Source: Ranitomeya imitator (lineage: Eukaryota). From it: DNA of 64,000 bases. The stretch lies in contig NC_091283.1 in assembly GCF_032444005.1 (NCBI RefSeq), forward strand, positions 474,796,001-474,860,000, in the 5' to 3' direction. The position numbers were made by a program, and so were the translations under genes. Below the pieces are notes generated by a model that saw only the letters and a list, made by a program, of their open reading frames with translations, did not search any database and was not told where the DNA came from. Shown in pieces: positions 10,290 through 22,410 of the stretch (the first letter of the stretch is position 1; every line of letters begins with the position of its first letter).

Positions 10290-12962
10290 AAAGAATAAAG
10301 TTGGCTAAATGCAGTTCAAAATTGGTAACACAGGACTAACCATGGGGCATTGCAGTGGAGGATAACTGGAATGAGAGGCTGACACAGAGAGTAGGCCCAA
10401 ATCAGTAAGTAGTCGAAATGCAGTTCAAAATTGGCAACCGTAGTAAACAGGCGGCACAGCTTTGTTCAGTGGAGGAGAACAGCAAGGAGTGGCAGACACC
10501 GATAGTAGGCCCCAACCCAACTAGTAGGCCAAATGCAGTCTAACATTAACAACTACTTAACGAGAGCCTGAAAATGGAATTTCAGGACAGGAAACCAGGA
10601 GAACAGCAAGGAGTGGCAGACACCGATAGTAGGCCCCAAACAAACTAGTACGCCAAATGCAGTTGTTCCATTTAACCACAATTTAATGAGAGCCTGAAGA
10701 TAGAAGTTCATGAAAGGCAACCTGGAGAACACCTTGGAGTGTAACACACCATCTCTCTACACCCCATACCCAATTTGTAGGTCTAATGCAGTGTAGTTTC
10801 CAACAACTACTAAACGAGAGCCGGAAGATCGAAGCTCAGGAAAGGCAACCTGGAGAACACCTTGGAGTGGAACACACCATCTCTCTACACCCCATACCCA
10901 ATTTGTAGGCCTAATGCAGTGTATTTTCCAACAACTACTAAACGAGAGCATTAAGATCGAAGCTCAGGAAAGGCAACCTGGAGCACACCTTGGGGAGGCA
11001 GACACCGTTAGTAGGCCCTACCAAAGTTGTACCCCCAATGCAGTTTTAAAATTCCTAGAGGCTGAAAACAAGACTATTGACGCTCAGCTTTTTTCAAAGG
11101 AACACAGCTGAATTGAGTGGCGCAGACAGACACAGGTAGTAGGACTTAAACCAAAAATGTGGCTCACTGCAGCTTAAAAAAGTTACAGGGGTACACAAGC
11201 AGCAGTGCTCTGGGCAGTGGAGGACAATTTCAATAGTGGACCGCAGACAGACTTTGTACGCCTACTATTAAAAAAAAAGATGCTCTATGCAATTAAAAAT
11301 AGGTTCCAGGGGTCCACGGGCAGCAGTGGTGTGGTCAGTGGACGAGTATTGGAAGGAGGGACCGCAGACAGGCGTAGTAGGCCTAACATAACAAAATTAG
11401 GCTGTAGACACTGTAAAATTGGTTCCAGGGGTACACGGGCAGCAGTGGTGTGGTCAGCGGAGGAAAATTGGAATTAGGGACTGCAGACAGACTTTGTAGG
11501 CTGTCCCCTGTGGACCATGCATCCAACACATTAACCCAGTGCGCCGCAATGGACACGTAACTTTTTGTGGACATGCCTACTGGTCCATGCGTCTTTTGTC
11601 AGGTGCACCTTTCTACTGTTTGATTGCCTGAGTGCTATGACAATGCAGACTTTTTCATGCCGGTGGAGGGCTGGGATGGCTTTTCTCGCAAAAGAAATGT
11701 CGACTGGGTAGCTTGAACCGTTGCACAGCGTAGTTCATCTGGGCTTTCTTAATATAAAACAAAGAAAAAAAGGAGGCTACATGCACTTTCAGCTGGGTTC
11801 CAGGGGTACACGGCCAGCATTGGTCTGGTCAGTGGAGAACTATTGGAAGGAAGGACCGCAGACACGCTTCGAAGGCCTAACATAATAACAGATGGCTGTA
11901 GGCAATTTAAAATTGGTTCCGTGGGTACACGGGCAGCAGTGGTGTGGTCAGTGGAGGCCTAGTGGAAGGAGTGACCGCAGACAGGCATCGAAGGCCTAAC
12001 ATAATAACACATTGCTGTTGGCAATTTTAAATTGGTTCCAGGGGAACACGGGCAGCAGTGGCCTGGTCAGTGTAGTAGTAGTAGAAAGAACGGACCGCAG
12101 ACAGGCATCGAAGGCCTAAAATAAAAAAATTGGGCTGGCTGTAGGCAATTTTAAATTGGTTCCAGGGGTACACGGGCAGCAGTGGTGTGGTCAGTGGAGG
12201 CCTAGTGGAAGGAGTGACCGCAGACAGGCATCGAAGGCCTAACATAATAACACATTGCTGTTGGCAATTTTAAATTGGTTCCAGGGGAACACGGGCAGCA
12301 GTGGCCTGGTCAGTGTAGTAGTAGTAGAAAGAACGGACCGCAGACAGGCATCGAAGGCCTAACATAATAACACATGGCTGTAGGCAATTTTAAATTGGTT
12401 CCGTGGGTACACGGGCAGCAGTGGTGTGGTCAGTGGAGGCCTAGTGGAAGGAGGGACCGCAGACAGGCTTCGAAGGCCTAACATAAAAAAATAGGGCTGT
12501 TGGCAATTGAAAATTGGTTCCAGTGGTACAAGGGCAGCAGTACAATGGTCAGTGGAGGCCTAGTGGAAGGAGGGACCGCAGACAGGCATCGAAGGCCTAA
12601 CATAATAACACATGGCTGTAGGCAATTTTAAATTGGTTCCGTGGGTACACGGGCAGCAGTGGTGTGGTCAGTGGAGGCCTAGTGGAAGGAGGGACCGCAG
12701 ACAGGCTTCGAAGGCCTAACATAAAAAAATAGGGCTGTTGGCAAATTAAAATTGGTTCCAGTGGTACAAGGGCAGCAGTACAATGGTCAGTGGAGGCCTA
12801 GTGGAAGGAGGGACCGCAGACAGGCTTCGAAGGCCTAACATAAAAAAATAGGGCTGTTGGCAATTTAAAATTGGTTCCAGGGGTACACGGGCAGCAGTAC
12901 AATGGTCAGTGGAGGCCTAGTGGAAGGAGGGACCGCAGACAGGCTTCGAAGGCCTAACATAA
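10290..12962 (-). repeat. 3' subterminal ~120-bp tandem arrays of the outer hAT
   Basis: About ten well-preserved units containing GGGCAGCAGT...GACCGCAGACAGGC.TCGAAGGCCTAA (11800-12962), with more diverged related units towards 10290. Confidence 0.9.
11502..11748 (-). pseudogene. Diverged hAT transposase fragment embedded in the tandem array
   Basis: Direct, diverged copy of ~15251-15500. Broken translation gives KAQMNYAVQRFKLPSRHFF, VHLTKDAWTSRH and YVSIAAHWVNVLDAWSTGDS. Confidence 0.9.
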
Positions 12963-13426
12963 CAAAAATGTCAATACAATGGTATTGTCAGTGCCAGGCA
13001 TTGAAGGATGTCAGCGCATAGACTAAACATTGGTGGAGCTGTGAGAGATAATTTTGCAAGTGGTAGAGCACTGTTTGAGCTGGGGGGGGGAACAGTCTTG
13101 TGGCCGGCGGTACAGGCCCAGGGCCCCTCATATTACAACGGTGTGTCTGATGTTGGGTGCGCACCACCACCGCCAGAGACACTTTATTGTACTAGGAGGG
13201 ACCCAGTGGCAGTGCCGTCGACCAAAAGCGGGCACACCCACCTCTTTAGACAAACAGCACTCTCACGGGTGCTGGCGCCAAGTGGCGATGCCACGGCCCC
13301 GTGTGGGGAGTTTGGCCATTTAGTGAGGTGTAAACATGTCGTATGCTGGACAATCAGGTGCAGAAAATTACGAGATTGGAAAAGTCATTCAGAATAGTCC
13401 ACAGGCAAGACCTTTTCATAGGAAAG

Positions 13427-15944
13427 CTAGGTGTCAGCCGGGCAAGGTGGGGCAAAAGATTTCGAAATCCAGTTGTGGTTCATTTTAATGAAGGTTAGAT
13501 CATCTACATTTTGGGTAGCCAGACGAGTCCTTTTTTCTGTTAGTATTGAACCTGCAGCACTGAATACTCTTTCTGATAGGACACTAGCTGCCGGGCAAGC
13601 AAGCTCCTGCAATGCATATTCTGCCAATTCTGGCCAGGTGTCTAATTTGGATGCCCAGCAATCAAATGGGAATGACGGTTGAGGGAGAACGTCGATAAGG
13701 GATGAAAAATAGTTTGTAACCATACTGGACAAATGTTGTCTCCTGTCACTTTGAATTGATGCTGCAGTACCTGTCCTGTCTGCGGTCATAGCAAAATCAC
13801 TCCACAACCTGGTCAGAAAACCCCTCTGGCCAACGCCACTTCTGATTTCTGCCCCTCTAACACCTCTGGTCTGCTGGCCCCTGCAGCTCGTGTGAGAACG
13901 ATCACGGGCGCTGTGTGCAGGGAATGCCAGAAGCAAACGGTCAACAAGAGTTGATTGTTTGGTTGCTAATATTAGTTCCAAGTTCTCATGTGGCATTATA
14001 TTTTGCAATTTGCCTTTATAGCGAGGATCAAGGAGGCAGGCCAACCAGTAATCGTCATCGTTCATCATTTTAGTAATGCGTGTGTCCCTTTTGAGGATAC
14101 GTAAGGCATAATCCGGCATGTGGGCCAAAGTTCCTGTTCTCAAATCTGCGGTTGTGCTTGGTTGAGGGGCAGTTTCAGGCAAATCCACGTCACTTGTGTC
14201 CCTCAAAAAACCAGAACCCGGCCTTGCCGCGCCAACAATTTCCAGTGGCCCCGGAAAAGCTTCCTCATTAAAAATATAATCATCCCCATCATCCTCCTCG
14301 TCCTCCTCCTCCTCTTCGCCCGCTACCTCGTCCTGTACACTGCCCTGGCCAGACAATGGCTGACTGTCATCAAGGCTTTCCTCTTCCTCAGCTGCAGACG
14401 CCTGATCCTTTATGTGCGTCAAACTTTGCATCAGCAGACGCATTAGGGGGATGCTCATGCTTATTATGGCGTTGTCTGCACTAACCAGCCGTGTGCATTC
14501 CTCAAAACACTGAAGGACTTGACACATGTCTTGAATCTTCGACCACTGCACACCTGACAACTCCATGTCTGCCATCCTACTGCCTGCCCGTGTATGTGTA
14601 TCCTCCCACAAAAACATAACAGCCCGCCTCTGTTCACACAGTCTCTGAAGCATGTGCAGTGTTGAGTTCCACCTTGTTGCAACGTCTATGATTAGGCGAT
14701 GCTGGGGAAGGTTCAAAGAACGCTGATAGGTCTGCATACGGCTGGAGTGTACGGGCGAACGGCGGATATGTGAGCAAAGTCCACGCACTTTGAGGAGCAG
14801 GTCGGATAACCCCGGATAACTTTTCAGGAAGCACTGCACCACCAGGTTTAAGGTGTGAGCCAGGCAAGGAATGTGTTTCAGTTGGGAAAGGGAGATGGCA
14901 GCCATGAAATTCCTTCCGTTATCACTCACTACCTTGCCTGCCTCAAGATCTACAGTGCCCAGCCACGACTGCGTTTCTTTCTGCAAGAACTCGGACAGAA
15001 CTTCCGCGGTGTGTCTGTTGTCGCCCAAACACTTCATAGCCAATACAGCCTGCTGACGTTTGCCAGTAGCTGCCCCGTAATGGGAGACTTGGTGTGCAAC
15101 AGTGGCAGCTGCGGATGGAGTGGTTGTGCGACTGCGGTCTGTGGACGAGCTCTCGCTTCTGCAGGAGGACGAGGAGGAGGAGGAGGGGGTGCGAACGGCT
15201 ACAGCCAACTGTTTCCTAGACCGTGGGCTAGGCAGAACTGTCCCAAACTTGCTGTCCCCTGTGGACCCTGCATCCACAACATTCACCCAGTGTGCCGTGA
15301 TGGACATGTAACGTCCCTGGCCATGCCTACTGGTCCATGCATCTGTTGTCAGGTGCACCTTTGTGCTCACAGATTGCCTGAGTGCATGGACGATGCGCTC
15401 TTTAACATGCTGGTGGAGGGCTGGGATGGCTTTTCTGGAAAAAAAGTGTCGACTGGGTAGCTCGTAGCGTGGTACAGCGTAGTCCATCAGGGCTTTGAAA
15501 GCTTCGCTTTCAACTAACCGGTAGGGCATCATCTCTAACGAGATTAGTCTAGCTATGTGGGCGTTCAAACCCTGTGTACGCGGATGCGAGGCTAAGTACT
15601 TCCTTTTTCTAACCATAGTCTCATGTAGGGTGAGCTGGACTGGAGAGCTGGAGATCGTGGAACTAGCGGGGGTGCCGGTGGACATGGCAGACTGAGAGAC
15701 GGTGGGAGATGGTATTGTTGCCGCCGGTGCCCTAGATGCAGTGTTTCCTACTACGAAACTGGTGATTCCCTGACCCTGACTGCTTTGGCCTGGCAAAGAA
15801 ACCTGCACAGATACGGCAGGTGGTGCAGAAAATGGTGGCCCTACACTGCCGGAAGGGATGTTGCGTTGATGACTAGCTTCATTGGCCGAGGCTGCTACAA
15901 CCTTAAGGGACGTTTGGTAGTTAGTCCAAGCTTGCAAATGCATG
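13427..15944 (-). pseudogene. Outer hAT transposase, C-terminal 838 aa (interrupted by the inner copy)
   Basis: Open frame with VHLTTDAW (D), VVSDNG (D), CLAH (CxxH), TRWNST, SVLSERVFS (E) and the hATC dimerisation region. It joins 25432-26480 in frame once 15945-25431 is removed. Confidence 0.95.
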
Positions 15945-16109
15945 GTGGTTAATAGGGTTGAGCGAAACGGGTCGTTCATTTTCAAAAGTCGCCGACTTTT
16001 GGCAAAGTCGGGTTTCATGAAACCCGATCCGACCCCTGTGCGGGGTCGGCCATGCGGTACGCGACTTTCGCGCCAAAGTCGCGTTTCAATGACGCGAAAA
16101 GCGCCATTT

Positions 16110-16240
16110 CTCAGCCAATGAAGGTAAACGCAGAGTGTGGGCAGCGTGATGACATAGGTCCTGGTCCCCACCATCTTAGAGAAGGGCATTGCAGTGATTG
16201 GCTCGCTGTCTGCGGCGTCACAGGGGCTATAAAGGGGAGT
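16110..16240 (+). promoter_or_regulatory. Putative transposase promoter of the inner copy
   Basis: CCAAT at 16115, ATTGG at 16197 and TATAAA at 16228, in a CpG-rich 5' end facing the transposase ORF. Motif evidence only. Confidence 0.45.
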
Positions 16241-16699
16241 TCCCGCCGACCGCCATGTTACTGCTGCTGATCTGAGCTTAGGGAGAGGTTGCTGCAGCTT
16301 CGTCAGAAGCAGGGATAGCGTTAGGCAGGGTCCATTAACCACCAAACCGCTTGTGCTGTAGCGATTTCCACTGCCCAACACCACCTTCGGTGTGCAGGGA
16401 CAGTGGAAGCTACATTTTTTTTTTTTTTTCCCCCTCAGCGCTGTAGCTCATTGGGCTGCCCTAGAAGGCTCCCTGATAGCTGCATTGCTGTGTGTACGCC
16501 GCTGTGCAAACCAACTGCTTTTTTCAAAGCACAAATCCTCTTGTTCCTTCCTTTCTGCACAGCTATCTTTTTGGTTTGTACACACTTTTTATTTAATTTG
16601 TGCATCAGTCCACTCCTTATTGCTGCCTGCCATACCTGGCTGAGATTACTGCAGGGAGATAGTAATTGAAGGACACTCCCTGTTTTTTTTTTTTTTTGT

Positions 16700-18160
16700 G
16701 GGAGATTAAGATTGACATTTCTGCTAGAGTGCCATCCCTGTCTGTGTCATCTCTCACTCAGTGGGCCATAGAAAGCCTATTTATTTTTTGGCTTGATTTG
16801 GGTTATAAAATCTACCTGAAAAAATCACTACATCAATCAGTGGGAGAAAAATATTGGCCTCAGGGCTTGTGTGCCACTCTTGACTCCTGTGTGCATCATC
16901 ACTCACTCAGTGGGCCATAAAAAGCCTATTTATTTTTTTGCTTGATTTTGGTTCTAAAATCTACCTGAAAAAATCAATACATCAATCAGTGGGAGAAAAA
17001 TATTGGCCTCAGGGCTGGTGTGCCACTCCTGACTCCTGTGTGCATCATCACTCACTCAGTGGGCCATAGAAAGCCCATTTTTTTTTTTTTTTTTGCTTTA
17101 TTTCGGTTCTAAATTCTACCTGAAAATTCAATAAATCAATTAGTGGGAGATTAATATTGGCCTTTGGGCTTGTGTGCCAGTCCTAAGCGTGCCATCTCTC
17201 TCTCTCTCAGATAGTGGGCCATAGAAAGCCTATTTATTTATTTTTTTATTGGGTTTATAAATTTTCCCTGGAAAAAAAAAAAAAAGTGGGAGATTAATAT
17301 TGGCCTCTGGGCTTGTGTGCCAGTCCTGAGCGTGCCATCTCTCTCACAAATAGTGGGCCATAGAAAGCCTATTTATTTTTTTTTTTTTGGTTTTATAAAT
17401 TCTCCCTTAAAAAAAAAGCGAGATTAATATTGGCCTTTGGGCTTGTGTGCCAGTCCTAAGCGTGCCATCTCTCTCTGTCTCTCAGATAGTGGACCATAGA
17501 AAGCCTATTTATTATTTTTTTTATTGGGTTTATAAATTTTCCCTGGAACAAAAAAAAAAAGTCGGAGATAAATATTGGCCTCTGGGCTTGTGTGCCACTC
17601 CTGACTCCTGTGTGCGTCATCTCTCACTCAGTGGGCCATAGAAAGCCTTTTTTTGTTTTCTTTGGTTTCTAAATTCTTCCTGAAAAAATCATTTTATTCT
17701 ATTTTTTTTTTTCCTAAAGTCTCCCTGAAAAAAAAAAAAAAAAAAAAAAAATCAGTGGGAGATTAATATTGCCCTTTCTGCTTGTGTGCCAGTCTTGACT
17801 CCTGGGTGTGCCATCTCTCTCTCTCTCTCTCCAATTGTGGGCCATAGAAAGCCTATTATTTTTTTAGCTTGATTTGGGTTCCAAAATCTACCTGAAAAAA
17901 TCACTACATCAATCAGTGGGAGATAAATATTGGCCTCTGGGCTTGTGTGCCACTCCTGACTCCTGTGTGCGTCATCTCTCACTCAGTGGGCCATAGAAAG
18001 CCTTTTTTTTGTTTTATTTGTTTTCTAAATTCTCCCTGAAAAAATCATTTTATTTTATTTGGTTTCTAAATTCTTCCTGAAAAAATCATTTTATTCATTT
18101 TTTTTTTCCTAAAGTCTCCCTGAAAAAAAAAAAAAAAATCAAATCAGTGGGAGATTAATA
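16700..18160 (+). repeat. 5' tandem array of the inner hAT (9 units, modal period 149 bp)
   Basis: Anchor GGGCCATA at ~16763, 16912, 17061, 17216, 17355, 17491 (variant), 17633, 17839 and 17988. Each unit has a variable poly(dA:dT) tract. Confidence 0.92.
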
Positions 18161-18369
18161 TTTACATTTGTGCTTCAGTGACAGTCCTGCGTGTGTGGCA
18201 TCTCTCTCATTTGTTGCCACCAACAACAGAGTGTGTAACATTGTGCCTGATTTTCGTTGTGGTCTCACTCACCTGTAAAGGGGTAGCTAAATCATACTGA
18301 AGTTATAGCTCACCGTGTAATTTGTGTGACAGCAACAAATACCGTTAGTTTGTTTACGTTTTTAAAACA

Positions 18370-21300
18370 ATGAGGAAGTATGGTGGAAGAGGTCGTGGCC
18401 GGGGGCGTTCATTGTCAGCTGGTAATGAGGGTAGTGGTAGTGGTGGAGCATCAGTTGGTCGTGGGAAAAAAAATATTGCACCTAAGTCTGGAGCTGTGGA
18501 GCCAGGTTCGTCGTCTGGCTACACAAGGCCTCGAACGCTCCCTTTTCTGGGAGTAGGAAAACCGCTTTTAAAGCCGGAGCAGCAAGAGCAAGTTTTGGCT
18601 TATCTTGCTGACTCAGCCTCTAGCTCTTTTGCCTCCTCTCGTGAAACTGGTAAATGTCAAAGCAGCGCGTCGTTAGTGGATGTTCATGGTCAGGGACAAG
18701 TCGCTTCCTTGTCCTCTTCAGCAAAAACAACAACAGAGAAGAATGCAGCAGGCGACAACGGGTTACTCCACGGAGCTCTTTACACATACCGTCCCTGGCT
18801 TAGAAAGTGAAGCAGTTAACAGTCCATGCCCATTACAAGTTGAATCTGACATGGAGTGCACTGATGCACAGCCACAGCCAGACTACTATGCTGGTCCTTT
18901 GACTCAGACCACAACATTGCCCTCGCAGGGTGCTGATCAAGAATCAGACCCTGATGAGACTATGTTGCCCCATCACGAACGCTATACCACCGACCGACAC
19001 GGTGACACAGACGAAGTTGCACACGAGCTACAAGAAGAGGTAATAGATGACCCAGTTCTTGACCCCGATTGGCAGCCATTGGGGGAACAGGGTGCAGGCG
19101 GCAGCAGTTCTGAAGCGGAGGAGGAGGGGCCGTAGCAGGCATCAACATCGCAACAGGTTCCATCTGCCGGGCCCGTATCTTGCCCAAAACGCGTGGCAAA
19201 GCCAAAACCTGTTGGAGGACAGCATGGCCATCCGGTTAAAGCTCAGTCTGCAATGCCTGAAAAGGTATCCGATGCTAGAAAGAGTGCAGTCTGGCATTTT
19301 TTTAAACAACATCCAATTGATCAGCGCAAAGTCATCTGTCAAAAATGTTCAACTACCTTAAGCAGAGGACAGAATCTGAAAAGTCTCAATACAAGTTGCA
19401 TGCATAGACATTTAACCACCATGCATTTGCAAGCCTGGACTAACTACCAAACGTCCCTTAAGGTTGTAGCACCCTCGGCCAATGAAGCTAGTCAGCAACG
19501 CAACATCCCTTCCGGCAGTGTAGGGCCACCATTTTCCGCACCACCTGCAGTATCTGTGCAGGTTTCTTTGCCAGGCCAAAGCCGTCAGGGTCAGGGAATC
19601 ACCAGTTTCGTAGTAGGAAACACTGCATCTAGGGCACCGGTGGCAACAATACCATCTCCCACCGTCTCTCAGTCTGCCATGTCCACCGGCACCCCCGCTA
19701 GTTCCACGATCTCCAGCTCTCCAGTCCAGCTCACCCTACATGAGACTATGGTTAGAAAAAGGAAGTACTTAGCCTCGCATCCGCGTACACAGGGTTTGAT
19801 CGCACACATAGCTAAACTAATCTCGTTAGAGATGATGCCCTACCGGTTAGTTGAAAGCGAAGCTTTCAAAGCCCTGATGGACTACGCTGTACCACGCTAC
19901 GAGCTACCCAGTCGACACTTTTTTTCCAGAAAAGCCATCCCAGCCCTCCACCAGCATGTTAAAGAGCGCATCGTCCATGCACTCAGGCAATCTGTGAGCA
20001 CAAAGGTGCACCTGACAACAGATGCATGGACCAGTAGGCATGGCCAGGGACGTTACGTGTCCATCACGGCACACTGGGTAAATGTGGTGGATGCAGGGTC
20101 CACAGGGGACAGCAAGTTTGGGACAGTTCTGCCTAGCCCACGGTCTAGGAAACAATTGGCTGTAGCCGTTCGCACCCCCTCCTCCTCCTCTTCGTCCTCC
20201 TGCAGAAGCGAGAGCTCGTCCACAGACCGCAGTCGCACAACCACTCCATCCGCAGCTGCCACTGTTGCACACCAGGTCTCCCATTATGGGGCAGCTACTG
20301 GCAAACGTCAGCAGGCTGTATTGGCTATGAAGTGTTTGGGCGACAACAGACACACCGCGGAAGTTCTGTCCGAGTTCTTGCAGAAAGAAACGCAGTCGTG
20401 GCTGGGCACTGTAGATCTTGAGGCAGGCAAGGTAGTGAGTGATAACGGAAGGAATTTCATGGCTGCCATCTCCCTTTCCCAACTGAAACACATTCCTTGC
20501 CTGGCTCACACCTTAAACCTGGTGGTGCAGTGCTTCCTGAAAAGTTATCCGAGGTTATCCGACCTGCTCCTCAAAGTGCGTGGACTTTGCTCACATATCC
20601 GCCGTTCGCCCGTACACTCCAGCCGTATGCAGACCTATCAGCGTTCTTTGAACCTTCCCCAGCATCGCCTAATCATAGACGTTGCAACAAGGTGGAACTC
20701 AACACTGCACATGCTTCAGAGACTGTGTGAACAGAGGCGGGCTGTTATGTTTTTGTGGGAGGATACACATACACGGGCAGGCAGTAGGATGGCAGACATG
20801 GAGTTGTCAGGTGTGCAGTGGTCGAAGATTCAAGACATGTGTCAAGTCCTTCAGTGTTTTGAGGAATGCACACGGCTGGTTAGTGCAGACAATGCCATAA
20901 TAAGCATGAGCATCCCCCTAATGCGTCTGCTGATGCAAAGTTTGACGCACATAAAGGATCAGGCGTCTGCAGCTGAGGAAGAGGAAAGCCTTGATGACAG
21001 TCAGCCATTGTCTGGCCAGGGCAGTGTACAGGACGAGGTAGCGGGCGAAGAGGAGGAGGAGGACGAGGAGGATGATGGGGATGATTATATTTTTAATGAG
21101 GAAGCTTTTCCGGGGCCACTGGAAATTGGTGGCGCGGCAAGGCCGGGTTCTGGTTTTTTGAGGGACACAAGTGACGTGGATTTGCCTGAAACTGCCCCTC
21201 AACCAAGCACAACCGCAGATTTAAGAACTGGTACTTTGGCCCACATGGCGGATTATGCCTTACGTATCCTCAAAAGGGACACACGCATAACTAAAATGAT

Positions 21301-21937
21301 GAATGATGACGATTACTGGTTGGCCTGCCTCCTTGATCCTCGCTATAAAGGCAAATTGCAAAATATAATGCTACATGAGAACTTGGAACTAATATTAGCA
21401 ACCAAACAATCAACTCTTGTTGACCGTTTGCTTCTGGCATTCCCTGCACACAGTGCCCGTGATCGTTCTCACACGAGCTGCAGGGGCCAGCAGACCAGAG
21501 GAGTTAGAGGGGCAGAAATCAGAAGTGGCGTTGGCCAGAGGGGTTTTCTGACCAGGTTGTGGAGTGATTTTGCTATGACCGCAGACAGGACAGGTACTGC
21601 AGCATCAATTCAAAGTGACAGGAGACAACATTTGTCCAGTATGGTTACAAACTATTTTTCATCCCTTATCGATGTTCTCCCTCAACCGTCATTCCCATTT
21701 GATTACTGGGCATCAAAATTAGACACCTGGCCAGAATTGGCAGAATATGCATTGCAGGAGCTTGCTTGCCCGGCAGCTAGTGTCCTATCAGAAAGAGTAT
21801 TCAGTGCTGCAGGTTCAATACTAACAGAAAAAAGGACTCGTCTGGCTACCCAAAATGTAGATGATCTAACCTTCATTAAAATGAACCACAACTGGATTTC
21901 GAAATCTTTTGCACCACCTTGCCCGGCTGACACCTAG
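18370..21937 (+). pseudogene. Inner hAT transposase with frameshift and premature stop in its N-terminal region
   Basis: Relative to the outer copy: a 2-bp deletion near 18756 (GGCGACAACGGG vs GGCGACACAACGGG) and CAG>TAG at 19133-19135. The downstream frame is open to 21937. Confidence 0.92.
19253..21937 (+). CDS. Residual 894-aa ORF (from MPEKVSD) with complete BED, DDE and hATC motifs
   Basis: First in-frame ATG after the nonsense codon. All catalytic motifs are present. Expression is not shown. Confidence 0.55.
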   Translation: MPEKVSDARKSAVWHFFKQHPIDQRKVICQKCSTTLSRGQNLKSLNTSCMHRHLTTMHLQAWTNYQTSLKVVAPSANEASQQRNIPSGSVGPPFSAPPAVSVQVSLPGQSRQGQGITSFVVGNTASRAPVATIPSPTVSQSAMSTGTPASSTISSSPVQLTLHETMVRKRKYLASHPRTQGLIAHIAKLISLEMMPYRLVESEAFKALMDYAVPRYELPSRHFFSRKAIPALHQHVKERIVHALRQSVSTKVHLTTDAWTSRHGQGRYVSITAHWVNVVDAGSTGDSKFGTVLPSPRSRKQLAVAVRTPSSSSSSSCRSESSSTDRSRTTTPSAAATVAHQVSHYGAATGKRQQAVLAMKCLGDNRHTAEVLSEFLQKETQSWLGTVDLEAGKVVSDNGRNFMAAISLSQLKHIPCLAHTLNLVVQCFLKSYPRLSDLLLKVRGLCSHIRRSPVHSSRMQTYQRSLNLPQHRLIIDVATRWNSTLHMLQRLCEQRRAVMFLWEDTHTRAGSRMADMELSGVQWSKIQDMCQVLQCFEECTRLVSADNAIISMSIPLMRLLMQSLTHIKDQASAAEEEESLDDSQPLSGQGSVQDEVAGEEEEEDEEDDGDDYIFNEEAFPGPLEIGGAARPGSGFLRDTSDVDLPETAPQPSTTADLRTGTLAHMADYALRILKRDTRITKMMNDDDYWLACLLDPRYKGKLQNIMLHENLELILATKQSTLVDRLLLAFPAHSARDRSHTSCRGQQTRGVRGAEIRSGVGQRGFLTRLWSDFAMTADRTGTAASIQSDRRQHLSSMVTNYFSSLIDVLPQPSFPFDYWASKLDTWPELAEYALQELACPAASVLSERVFSAAGSILTEKRTRLATQNVDDLTFIKMNHNWISKSFAPPCPADT

Positions 21938-22410
21938 CTTTCCTATGAAAAGGTCTTGCCTGTGTGGACTATTCTGAATGCCTTTTCCAATCTCGTAATT
22001 TTCTGCACCTGATTGTCCAGCATACGACATGTTTACACCTCACTAAATGGCCAAACTCCCCACACGGGGCCGTGGTATCGACACTTGGCGACAGCACCCG
22101 TGAGAGTGCAGTTTGTCTGAAGAGGTGGGTGAGCCCGCTTTTGGTCGACGGCACTGCCACTGGGTCCCTCCTAGTACAATAAAGTGTCTCTGGCGGTGGT
22201 GGTGCGCACCCAACATCAGACACACCGTTGTAATATGAGGGGCCCTGGGCCTGTACCGCCGGCCACAAGACAGTTTCCTCCCACCCCACCTCAAACAGTG
22301 CTCTACCACTTGCAAAATTATCTCACAGCTCCACCAATGTTTAGTCTATGCGCTGACATCCTTCAATGCCTGCCACTGACAATACCATTGTATTGACATT
22401 TTTGTTATGT

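Noticed and set aside
16631-16672. Resemblance to the U1 snRNA 5' end (TACCTGGC...AGGGAGATA...GAAGG)
   Set aside because: Short gapped match only. The rest of U1, including the Sm site, is not evident.
14855-20509. 201-aa Cys/Gly-rich antisense ORF present in both hAT copies (14855-15460 +, 19904-20509 -)
   Set aside because: It is the reverse frame of the transposase. The copies are too similar for its persistence to show selection, and it has no recognisable domain.
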